From Phoronis australis (taxonomy: Eukaryota > Animalia > Phoronida), in assembly GCA_002633005.1 (NCBI GenBank), contig NMRA01000049.1, positions 1,216,039 to 1,280,038 of the forward strand: 64,000 bases of DNA. The letters run 5' to 3'. The stretch's first letter is position 1; every line of letters begins with the position of its first letter. Positions 14,107 to 24,958 of this stretch are shown here, one piece after another. The notes under the pieces are model-generated. The model saw nothing but the letters and a program-made list of their open reading frames with translations, did not search any database and was not told the DNA's origin. Made by a program: the position numbers and the translations under genes.

Positions 14107-14469
14107 TAGTTTAGTCATGTAAATAATATTACTGTTACAATTACCATAGATTTTGTCATGCGTTAAGAATAAAACATCTTGTTATATTGTATACATTCAA
14201 GTTGTTCTCTTTAGACACAATTTTGATTATAATACAAGTATTATTACTAATTGCCATTGTAGACATTTTTGTAGTTTCTGTTATTCATTGTCATGTGATG
14301 ATGGTTTCATTTCTAGTCATTATGATACATTATGAGATTGAAAACTATCATGTTAAATCCAGTATGCAGCTGATTCTGTATTTTCTTGTTTTAACAAGCT
14401 GGCAAGCAATAAAAATTATGTATTTGCCAAGGATATTTCTGCATTCATACCACAATTCAAGTATTTTGT

Positions 14470-14790
14470 AGTCTTGCAGCAACATTTTTTCAGGTGGTTC
14501 GCAGAAACTTCTATACATGAAGATGTTTGCGGCAAGCTTGTAGCAATGTGTGCAGCTGGCTTGCAGGAACTGTTCCATACAAGGACATGAAGATGTTTGC
14601 AGCAAGGTTGCGACAAACTTCATTTGCATGGTAAAACTTTGCTGCATGTTTGCGGCAAAAATGCAGCAAGCATGCAGCTGGGTTGCAGGAAACTTGCAAC
14701 CACTCTTTGGCCAGAGATGATTTCATGCGTTTGCGGCTGGTTTGCAAAAACTTTTGCAGCAAGCTTGCCGCAAGTGTTTGCAGGAAGGCC
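14470..14790. repeat. TTGCAGCAAG/CTTGC-rich repeat (MITE/subterminal-repeat-like)
   Basis: Many short direct and inverted TTGC(A/G)GCAA motifs. CATGAAGATGTTTGC occurs twice. Confidence 0.45.
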
Positions 14791-14897
14791 TTTTTTGGTA
14801 TGGGACTGGTCTCACAAACCTCACTCATACTACCGTAAGTAGCTCCATGTTCGCCCACCCTACAGTTGGTTACACAGTGCTCACACATTCTCGGAGA

Positions 14898-15165
14898 GCA
14901 GATGATGTCTTGAATGTTTCAGTCAAAAACTTGGACGAACATCCCACAACTGCATAGTGGTAATTACTGAGGTATATACTGGCCTTATAACAGATTATAT
15001 GACTCTAAGCAATTTGTTAAGGATGCCAGATAGGTTCTGCACAAGACAGCCCTAATTATGACAACTGGTGGGCTGAACACAAGGAGACGTGTTAGAAGGA
15101 TGTCAACTGCAGTGCAGCTACTATGGAACCTCAAGTGGGGTTCAAGACATTTCGGCGCTCTGTTC
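14898..15165 (+). pseudogene. Kolobok-type (Mutator-like domain) transposase fragment
   Basis: Frameshifted translation DDVLNVSV..KLGRTSHNCIVVITEVYTGLITDYMTLSNLC...NYDNWWAEHKETC*KDVNCSAATMEPQVGFKTFRRSV matches the Kolobok pattern VSxDGtW.kRGh.S..G...I...TG.v.Dy..lS..C / W...H...C..N..gSs.aME......f.RS. The DGTW motif is deleted. Confidence 0.7.
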
Positions 15166-15635
15166 ACTTCGGCCATCTTGCCGCCACCATTTTTATTACA
15201 TAACGTATGCAAGTCTAACCTGGTTGGTCATAAAGAACTATCATAACGAACAAATTTCGGTGTTACCATGTCCAACTGTATAACGAAATAGGGATTGAAG
15301 TGTTGACACGTTCTCAGATTTGCTTCCAAAGTTGTCATGTACAACGACCACTATTTGAGACACTTGGTAGACAAGATGGAAACACACTTTGTGTCTTACG
15401 ACAGGCTTTTCCCTCCACACAAGATAGAAAGACTTCTTGCAAAGTAAGCCATTATATGTAATTCAGTAAAACCTATGATTTTATGTGCCAATAAACATTT
15501 TATTGTCCAATATTCGCAGGCAGGGAATCGTGTGACCATGAAGTACCTGATCAAGAAAGCATCAGATATCGTCAGTCCTGAATTCAACATGTTCTTCATA
15601 GATGACTTCCTGCTACTCACTGATGTGTAAGTGTC

Positions 15636-15975
15636 TTGAATTGTCTAACTGTTATGCAGCAAGATGCTTCTTCTCCAGAGGACAAACAACCATTGAATTG
15701 TCTAAGTGTTATGCAGTAAGATGCTTCTTCTACAGAGGACAAATAACCATTCAATTGTCTAACTGTTATGCAGTAAGATGCTTCTTCTCCAGAGGACAAA
15801 CAACCATTGAATTGTCTAACTGTTATGCAGCAAGATGCTTCTTCTCCAGAGGACAAACAGCCATTGAATTGTCAAACTGATATGCAGCAAGATGCTTCTT
15901 CTCCAGAGGACAAACAGCCATTGAATTGTCTAACTGTTATGCAGCAAGATGCTTCTTCTCCAGAGGACAAACAAC
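15636..15975 (+). repeat. 57-bp minisatellite, 6 copies
   Basis: TTGAATTGTCTAACTGTTATGCAGCAAGATGCTTCTTCTCCAGAGGACAAACAACCA starts at 15636, 15693, 15750, 15807, 15864 and 15921. Confidence 0.95.
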
Positions 15976-16459
15976 CGAATGCCAAATAAATCTTTCATCT
16001 TCTAAAAAGGCTGTGCAAAACACATTTTAGCTACAGTGCCCACAATGCCCGACTATTGTTTCCATTTTCAAAGGTACTCTATTTCAAGAAGATGGTGCCA
16101 CTGATTTTACTGAGCAATTGAAATCGTTCTCTGACAAAGCAACTAGGGGAGAAATGGAAAAAAATGAAACAAGGTGGAACAACTTTGCAAGTCGTGCACA
16201 ACAGTTACTTTTGTAGCAATGTTTCAAGAGGAAGACCACCACAAGTGATGCCTCATAAGTAAGGGTACCGAAGAAACATAAGAATGCTGGATGAGATGAA
16301 ACCTTTAACTGAAATTCAGGAACATGGCTATGACCCTTATAGGCCTTTATTACCAAGATCTAACACGTGAAAAGAAATATTTTGTGGGAGGAAAACAAAA
16401 AGCTACAAGAAAAAAATAATCTTGAAGTTGTACAATCTGGGATGAAAGCACTGAGGAAG

Positions 16460-18099
16460 GATGAGGACCTCGGCCGAGGTTGTTGACCTCATTTTTGATG
16501 AGGAAGAAGAGGATTCGGAAAACGATTTTGAGGGTTTCCCTGGCCAGGAATCAGACATTGAGATTATTGAACTTGACTAAATCTCAATCGTCGTTTAGTG
16601 CTCTGAGATTGAACTGAAAGTATTTGCTGAAGACACATTAGTGTAAATAATAACGATGTCAATTATATTGAAGGTTCCTTATTTCATGTATATAGTTATG
16701 TTCCTGATAATCGTAATTTTTCTAGTCTGTGTATTACCTTTTGTTGATACTTTATATACAAATTATGTTCTTGTCTTGTCTTTTATCTTTTGTTGACATT
16801 CGTTGTTTATTTATTGTTGGGCTTAGTCTGAGTAATCGCATTAGAACTACAGTAACTGCTTTAGTTGATTGAAATAGAACATCTTGAATTACGTACTTCA
16901 TTCTTGTTCTGATGGTTGGGAAATAACCACATCTTATTACGATGGGTTCGCCCTACACCTTCACTCCTCAGTCGGTAGAATACGATACAATTTATCTACG
17001 GTACTTGTCACATTATTTCGGTTCAACTATTCTCATGTGGTTACAATGCAGAAGTGGAAGCTTCATGTTTTATAGAGGTGACAGCATACATTAAATTTAG
17101 GCCTATGGTTACAGTCCCGTGCTAGCTGTCAAGTTCTGAGCCAGAGAGCAAATTTTAGCAGTAGTTGTAATATCAGTTTGAAAATCTTAATGCAGATGTG
17201 TTTTTTGGGTTTTGTGATTACGTTTTTGAGACTCTCGGGATATCGGAGGTAAGCGGACATAAGCCAGTTTTCACTCAAAAGTCAAAGTAAGGGCATTACT
17301 CAAAAAGATACTTAAAAGATAGTATTTAAAAATACCAATGACTGGGTCGGTAAAAATAATTCTTAGATGAAGCCTTAATTGTTCGGGTAAGTAGTAGACC
17401 TAACCCCGGCCAGTTTACTATATGCCACGACATTACTGACGAGAATACTCGAAAGACGGGAATCTCGATAACCCGGCAATTACACTAACCAAAATATGAA
17501 GAATTAACAACTTTTTGCGAGTTATGGTAATTCTTCAAAGTCCCGAGAGCTTACAACCTAAAGCGCATTGAGAGGGTTGGCAACACCACTGTCACATTTC
17601 TCTGACCTGGTTATTTCGAATACATCTTTTATATAGTGCAAAATAGTCGAAAAATCAGTGCAGCAGAGATTGTGGCTGAAAGTGGAGGTGTAGACGCCGG
17701 CGCGGTTCTTAAAGTTTGCGAACATGAGAAGAAAAGAAAGTGACAAAGTGTTCAAGTATTACATTTTGAAGTTAATCGATGACCCATTACAATAATTTGT
17801 TACTTCTATCATAATTCACATTGCCAAACCGCGGTCTCTGAGGCCGTTGTTGCACTCAATGTTATCATTGATCTTTATCTAAAAGGTCGGGGATTCCCGT
17901 TTCCTTGTTAGCACTGAACGGTAATAACCAATCGCCAAAAGTAGGGGATGGGCACTTAACAGAGGTGGGCGCTTAATTGGAAATCTTCAAAAATAGCAGG
18001 GGGGCAGTTAACCGAGCAGTGGGCGGTTAAATAAAAAATCCACCTAAAGTAGGGTGTGGGCGGTTAACTGAGCATGGGCGTTAATCCGAACGTTTACTG
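16460..18099 (+). mobile_element. 5'-truncated pogo transposon (transposase C-terminal tail, 3' region and right TIR)
   Basis: Acidic tail VVDLIFDEEEEDSENDFEGFPGQESDIEIIELD* ends at ~16580. 17468-18099 is collinear with 31100-31698. It ends GGGCGTTAATCCGAACGTTTACTG|TA. Confidence 0.8.
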
Positions 18100-18417
18100 T
18101 AGATTGCAGAAAATCCACCACCTCCTGAGGTAAACTGGTTTTGTTTAACATGCGACATTGAAATACACGTGTAAACAAACCATAAGTCTCTCTGTGGGTA
18201 CGACGACATGTTTTGCTTTATTTATTTGTTTACTTACATTTGTTTATCATTTTAAATCACTTATATAAACCTGTAATTTATCAATATTTATTGGCTATGA
18301 AATCTTCTTCTGATGCTTTGGTGACGATACTGATTACACCATGACTTAGTTATGCTTACTTAGTTATAGAGAGTGGACGTGATGGTGAGTATGAAGGAAG
18401 GGGTATTCTCTAGTTTC

Positions 18418-19149
18418 ACATGGTGGTGGTGATGGTAAAGAAGTCATTGTTCTTCAAGACGTTTATCAGGGCAACCAAGGTGACTATGGTATGTTTCACT
18501 TGCTCGTGTCATCATCAGAGGGAGTTGAACATTCAATTTCCAAGATTGTTGCATATAACACGGGTTTCTGCCTGTCACGATCAAATTTCTGATCCAACAC
18601 CTCTTCAAACCTGTGGGTCAGATTGAAAAGGCTTGAAAATATATAAAGAATTTCAAGTGCAGTATCAGTGCAGTATGATATGGGAATTTTTAGTAAAAAT
18701 GAAAGTATTCTGTGGGCGGAGAACGAAGAGGCCATGTAAAAGGGAAAGTGTTAACCAATTTGTTCTGTCTGGATTGAAAGCAAAGGGAAGAGGCATAATG
18801 GCATCAAAAAAAAAAAAAACGAAAAACTGAAAGTAGCTCACTATCTCAGTCAAGCCATTAGGAATCTAAGAAAGGAATGAATTGTAATTTCAAAAATCAC
18901 CAAGAATTCACCAACCATATCAATGCAGTTGAGGAAAAAGATGCTTGTTTCTCTCATGTGTCACTTTCCAATTAAAAAACTACAAGACTTGTCGAATTCC
19001 AAAAACTTGGCTTGGACAGTGTTGTAAAGAATAAACTTTCTTCTAAACAGTGAAAGTATAGGCCAAAACAAGTCTGTGACATTTCTTCTGTTTAGAATGT
19101 AACTTAGAATGTAAGGACCCAGACGAGGGAATTCCACCATCCATTCAAT
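18418..19149 (+). pseudogene. copy 1 of an unidentified decayed ORF family (ends in a PHD finger in copy 3)
   Basis: High nucleotide similarity to 24110-24545 and 35805-36525. Cut at ...CCATTCAAT by the SWIM element. Confidence 0.65.
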
Positions 19150-19225
19150 TCACTACTTGCACACTTCAGCGGCACCACTGTCGACCCGATTGAAAACGAG
19201 GCTTCTTGTCCCTGAGTTCAGAAAA

Positions 19226-20850
19226 ATGGCTTCTAGTGAGTGTGTATGGGGGAAATTGCTCACGACTGCCGACGATTAAACACGAGGATATCGACAGAAT
19301 CGTATCCACTTATTCTCAAACTCCCAAAAGTGGAATGCAAAAAGCTTACAGGTTCTTTTGGGATTCTTACGTCCACGAAATTGAAGGTAAACATCATTCT
19401 AAATTAGGCTAGCTACAAGCTTCGGCTGGGCAGTTGCCGGACGCATTGCCATTTGCTTTATACGGAACTGAACTATAAACACTCTCACATTACGAGTTCA
19501 AAACATCACTATATGTTTGTATAAAATGACGTGTTTTTAACACGCCTCAACGTTGATTACGTATATTTTATTCTTAGCAAGGTGACTGTTCTAGGCACAA
19601 GTCCCAGGCATTTGCATTACTGGGGGTCAGTCAACTGATCAGCAACCTAAAAATGTATTGCTGTGTTGTTTTTACAGTCATGTCAAGTCAACGAGGAATT
19701 TGTGAAGTGCGATGCAAGTGCTACAGGAGCATGAAGAAGTCTGAAAACCCGCATAGAATTAAGGTATTATGAGAGATAGTGTGCATTAGTGCCTACTACG
19801 CCAACTTATTACTTTTAAATGGTGAAGTTATGCTGATTGCGGTGGCCCACAAGCATGGCTAAACATCTGTGGGTCACAACAATAGTATAAAAAGTGAAAG
19901 TATATGAAAATGAACATATCTCATTAATAATATATTTATGTATTATGAAATTACATGATTAAGTGCAACTAATATTTTTGCCTTAAGTCAGAAATTTGTT
20001 AGGATCAGTGATCTTAAATTCAAATAATTTTTCTGACCTGTTGCGAGTTATTTTCATTAGTCTAATTAGTGACATTTTCAAGGACTGCTGGTAAAAAATG
20101 AAATTATGGTGCCCTCTTACTATCAAGTGGACTACCAGGGAAATTTTCAATTTTCCTAAAAATCATTACAGCAAATCACTTATCACCAGGTTAGAATAGG
20201 ATCTGAAGGTTATCAGCGTGACTTCCTGATGTCAACATGATATGTGTTTCATTATTTCAGATTACTCTAGATGGTTCTGGTACAGTGTCTTTAATGTCGC
20301 ACAAGTGCACCTGCACTGCTGGCAAAGGACTGTGCTCCCACACAATAGCCCTGCTATATCAACTATCTCACTATCAGAGTTTGCGTTTAAAGAAGGTCCC
20401 TGAGCTAGTGAGCTCAACATCACAGCCACAAAAGTGGCATGTTCCCCCGAGGACCCATGGGATTGCTCCTAAGCCCACAACAAGTGTGTGTGCAGTGAAA
20501 CCGAAGCTCCCCTCATAGCAGTCAAGAAAGCCCCACACCGATGGCATCACATCACAGGTGTACAACCCTGTCACTGTACCTTTGTACACTATCAACCTAA
20601 AGGGAAAGCTGCTGCCAACTCTGAAATCGCACAATCCACCTGTTCAGTGGCTTCAGATATGGTCAGATGATGAAGACGAACAGTTAGCTGAGTCATCATT
20701 CGGAGTGGTACCAAAGGGGTCTGTACTTTCGTATCAAGAGAAACATGTGCCGTTTCCTGTATTTGTTGGACCTCCAACCCCACCTGCATTTCACCTACCC
20801 GACATCACTGGCAATCAATTTGCAGTGAATCATAAGGCCGCACTTCCACA
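19226..20850 (+). pseudogene. spliced SWIM-zinc-finger ORF of an ISL2EU-type DNA transposon (YqaJ-exonuclease partner ORF, 3'-truncated)
   Basis: Exons ~19226-19386, 19678-19763 and 20261-~20850 (GT-AG, phases fit). Motifs KAYRFFWDSYVHEIE, CKCYRSMKKSENPH, SWIM CTCTAGKGLCSHTIALLY, STSQPQKWHVP and FGVVPKGSVLSYQ. Frameshifts near 19250 and 20516. The element starts at ~19150, after AT. Confidence 0.75.
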
Positions 20851-20855
20851 ACAAA

Positions 20856-21311
20856 GTGGCATGTGAAAATCATGAAAGAGGGAGCCACAGGGCCAAAAAA
20901 ATACCGTGCAAAGTATGCGGGCGTACTTTTGTGTCACAGAGTGGCCTGCGGCGCCATAGTGAGGTGCACTCACCCACTACATACCAGTGCAATGAGTGCA
21001 AGTGTTTCGACAAGAAGAGCAACTTCCAGTCTCACCTGCGGACGCACAGTTGTTCAGAGTGTAAGCTGTGCCACAAGACCTTCTCTAGAAAATCCCATCT
21101 AGAAAATCATGTTGTCTCGGCCCACACTTCAGGCCCCCACTTCAGTTGTCATCACTGTGCCTTCACTACAAATCACCAGAGGTCATTGGCAAGACACCAG
21201 GCTACCCACAGTGACGTCAAGCCCCACATGTGTAGCAAATGTGGCAAGGGGTTTTCCCGGAAAGGCTACACTTTACAACACGAGAAATCATGCCAAGGAC
21301 TGGGCAATTAA
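20856..21311 (+). CDS. array of about five C2H2-type zinc fingers (partial gene or cargo fragment)
   Basis: CKVCGRTFVSQSGLRRHSEVH, CKLCHKTFSRKSHLENHVVSAH, CHHCAFTTNHQRSLARHQATH, SDVKPHMCSKCGKGFSRKGYTLQHEKSC*. No in-frame ATG before the fingers. Finger 2 is slightly deleted. Confidence 0.7.
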   Translation: MACENHERGSHRAKKIPCKVCGRTFVSQSGLRRHSEVHSPTTYQCNECKCFDKKSNFQSHLRTHSCSECKLCHKTFSRKSHLENHVVSAHTSGPHFSCHHCAFTTNHQRSLARHQATHSDVKPHMCSKCGKGFSRKGYTLQHEKSCQGLGN

Positions 21312-21937
21312 CATTGTACCTTCATTTTAATGTATTATCCATAAGTTTTATTTTGTAGCTTACTTTTTGTTATGCATGCGCATGTTTATTTGCAAGTTCT
21401 TTATATAGTCATCTCTCTCAGGACATGGGATGTCCGTCCGCAGCAGTTATTGCGTTGACGTCTAGAGGAGCTCTGGAATTACAACTTGATTGCTTTGTCT
21501 GAACTTGAAATTCCTTTTAATCTCAAGATGGTGTATGGAATTTTGTTTGTAAACTTGTACATGTTGTTAAACACACAAGCCATATTTCTCTGGGCAGTTC
21601 TCATCACCAAACCATCGGCGTCACGGGCAATAAAATGTAATCTACTGGAATAGATCTTTAGTTTTCTGTTGAGCCCAGACTGACAGGTGGTCCAGACAGT
21701 CTCTCACGATGATTTAGTGTTATGCAAGAACATGAGCGTGGCGGCTATGAAAATGAGCATGGTGGGCAATCTGTCACCTTTATTACGGCACCGATAGTCC
21801 TGATGTTAAAGTTGGGGGATTAGGAGTTCAACTGAACGATGGGCATCATAACAGAATAAGGTAATAAATTTTGATGTCATTAAAATGGAGTACCATGGTT
21901 GGTCCAAATCAACTCAAAAACATTAGCACAAGCACTG

Positions 21938-22357
21938 CTACAACAAAGAATGCGTAGCAAACTCACTCAGGTTGATCTGTATTTCTTGAACCACATGTGA
22001 AACCCAGCTCCCAGTCAGGAGTTTCTGAATGACTGCAGTGACGTTGTGAGCTATGCCTGAGGCTATGGTCATGGTCTTGGAATTACTAGACTCATCTTCT
22101 GGTTCTGCCGTGAGTCCACAACGGTAGCAGATTCCCACTAACATGGAATGAGAATGACTGGAGTTTGATTGATCAGCCCGACCTTGCTGCTGATGACCGC
22201 AGCGTTCACATATTCCAAAGCCCAACAATGAATGCGAGTGGGACTCATGGGCATCGGATTCAGATGGCTTGTTGAATAGAGTCCGCTTTGATGCTGGCTT
22301 TGACGACTGAAACTTCGCTGAAACGTGTTGAACTAGCGCCGAAGTGGGTGACAACAA
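21938..22357 (-). CDS. hypothetical protein with two HxH-x5/6-CxxCG motifs
   Basis: 139-codon open frame containing HSHSLLGFGICERCG and HSHSMLVGICYRCG. The start codon is uncertain. Confidence 0.35.
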   Translation of the reverse strand: MLSPTSALVQHVSAKFQSSKPASKRTLFNKPSESDAHESHSHSLLGFGICERCGHQQQGRADQSNSSHSHSMLVGICYRCGLTAEPEDESSNSKTMTIASGIAHNVTAVIQKLLTGSWVSHVVQEIQINLSEFATHSLL

Positions 22358-23789
22358 CTAATGCCTTTTGTTTCCCCTATTACGTGCCTCCATCAGACAA
22401 TAGCATTCAGTTGTTCAGGCGTTATAAAACAACGGCCAGAGTAAACAATGAAAGCAAACTATTTTTCGATGAAAATGGCGCGCCGATACCCTCTGGCCCA
22501 AAGACCACAACAACATTTAAATTTAATAAATCTAACTCAAAACCAAGCATGTTGCGCATTTTTGTCTAGTATACAAACGCAATTTTATCCACTGAGTCAG
22601 TTTTCGAACAAATTAATTTCAGTCTTTTAATGTAACGTTTTAGTCAAGTCAAAAAATGCGTTCGAGGATAATTGGTTCTCAGGTAAACTATCGTCGTAAC
22701 CAGTATGACACACAACCATTGATAATAATATTTTGTCCGGCGGTCATGTTCAGTCCCCGGCAGTCCTGTTTTGTGGTGGGGCAGTCATGTTTTTAGGTGA
22801 GTCAGTCCCATTTGATCCCTGGAGGTCCTGTTTTGGGTGTCGGTCCGATTTGAAGGACAGGCGGTCATGTTGTTTCTCACTCGTGTTAAAGCTGGCTGCT
22901 ATTTGCTGCTATTCTCACCACGTCAACTTGATCAATTTTTAAGCTCCAATAACTTTCACTACATCGCTATCTTGAGCGACGTGGTCACCATGTTGCTAAC
23001 TTGTGCAACGTGGTCACCACATCGCTGTCTTAAGAGACATGGTCATTTCTAAGTGAGGACGTCAAGTGTCTTCCTTCTCCCAGTTTCCAGTATATATTGG
23101 AAGTGCAATGGCATTGTTGTAAACAGCAGTAGCCGTAGTGGTCAGCGTTGTGATAGCTGCTTGGGCCAGAGGAACGGCTCCTTCCTCTGACCCTGAGAAT
23201 TCCAAAATGCGACTCAACGATAACTTTCCAATGCCACTGTTTAACCATTCGTTAGCTGACCCATCTCCTCTATGAAAACGTCTTATTCTCATATGCATAA
23301 CTCATCATCCTGCCATACCCCAAGCCCACTACCGTCATTAAGAGTGATGATGGGCATTGAAACTAGTACTGAGTGCCTACTCAAAGATGAAAGGATTCAT
23401 GTACTGAAAAACTATATCCTGGAGCTCGAGTCAAATGTGAAGTGCTGGCAAGAAAGAAGCCAGTCATTGGAAAGACTAGTAGGTTATAGTACTTTTGCCA
23501 ACTGCTCAAGATGTATTCTGAAGGGTCTTCAGTTCGAACTTTCTGTTGTCAAAAGGTTCAACAATGTTAACTTTCAGAAAAAGGAAGTACAAAGACTACA
23601 GTTTTCAAGAGTTCAGGTCATATTTCATGCCTGTCACTTGTTTGTTAACAATAAATATACAGCCTTGTACATAATCTACAATTATGTTGTTGCACTGTTA
23701 ACTAGCTTAGGGAGTGCTTCGCAGTTAGTACCTAATATTAAGACTGATCCTCATATAGAGTATTCTAGGGATATGATTGGCACTTCCTA

Positions 23790-24545
23790 GGTCATTATCC
23801 TATGCATTTTTGGACTTTTTTCTAAGCATTTCTTCAGATATTTTGCATTATGTGTAAGTCCTGTGTGGTTGCATAATATGTATGATTTTGATGGGGACAG
23901 CACTGACATTTTTTGCCTGTCAGTTGTGGGTTGCATTCCCCAACTTATCATATTTTCCTTCAGTTGGTGGTAATGATTTGAGTACTAAGTATTTTTTTCA
24001 TCCGGTAGTGCTTGTGTTTTGGGCCTTCACAAAGTAGATGTGCCAAAGACCAGATACCACAATGATGGCTAATCAACCAACTGGTGATCAAGATATAAAG
24101 GAGAAGCAGCATGGTGGTGGTGATGGTAAAGAAGTTATTGTTATTGAAAGACGTTTACCAGGGCAACCAAGGTGAGTATGGTATATTTCACTTGCTCGTG
24201 TCATCAACAGGAGGGAGTTGATAAGCATTCAATTTCCAAGAGTGTTGTATATATCTCGGGTTTCTACCTCTTACGATCATACTTTTACTGATCCAACACA
24301 TCTTCGAACCTAAGGGTCAGATTGAAGAAGGCTTGAAAATATACAAAGAATTGTGCAATATCAGTGCAGTATGTTACTGGAATTTTTGATAAAAATGAAA
24401 GTGTTCTGTGGGCGGAGAACCAAGAGGCCAAGTAAAAGGAAAATATTAATCAATTTGTTTTGTCTGGATTGAAAGCAAAGGAAAGACATTCTGGCAACAA
24501 AAAACCTGAAAATAGCTCACTAGCTCAGTCAAAGCGTAGGAAGCG
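23790..24545 (+). pseudogene. SGNH-hydrolase relic fused to copy 2 of the unidentified ORF family
   Basis: 23790-24000 reads ILCIFG...NMYDFDGDSTDIFC...VGGNDLST and is also present at ~35550-35740. 24110-24545 is homologous to 18418-18870. Confidence 0.6.
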
Positions 24546-24958
24546 AAGATGTATGTATTGTTGTGATGGGCACACCCTCCCTCTGTGAATTCTAGAGTTA
24601 CAGTTAGTGCTACTTTTTAAGTTGACTCAATAGTTGACTAAAGTTGATACAATAAGATTCAAGAATTAAAGAAAAAGCAGAAAATATTGAAGCAAGGTAG
24701 AAAGCTGAAAAGGTCGGATATTCCGAATTATCGTACACCATGAGACAGCTCAAAAGGTAAGGGAAATAGAGGGTACTTGGACACAGAACTGAAAAATCTT
24801 CATCAAAGTAAAAAGCAACCATAACAAAGCAAGCACTATTCATCATATTCAGAAGTCATCTGACCTCGTGAAGTCAGGACTGGAATTGCAAGGTGGGTAA
24901 GTCAGCTAAGAACATAGGACTCTACTGTCCATAACATAACATATTATTCAATATATGA

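Noticed and set aside
15636-15975. Possible CRISPR array (also the 19-bp arrays at 38.9 and 40.5 kb)
   Set aside because: Head-to-tail repeats with no unique spacers, no cas genes, and a eukaryotic context.
17558-17755. 65-aa minus ORF conserved at 31191-31388
   Set aside because: The conservation is explained by being two copies of the same transposon. No domain was recognised and no clean spliced extension was found.
23272-23790. 172-aa ORF with a short coiled-coil-like stretch
   Set aside because: No recognisable domain, and the 3' half looks like AT-rich intron sequence. At most a small orphan exon.
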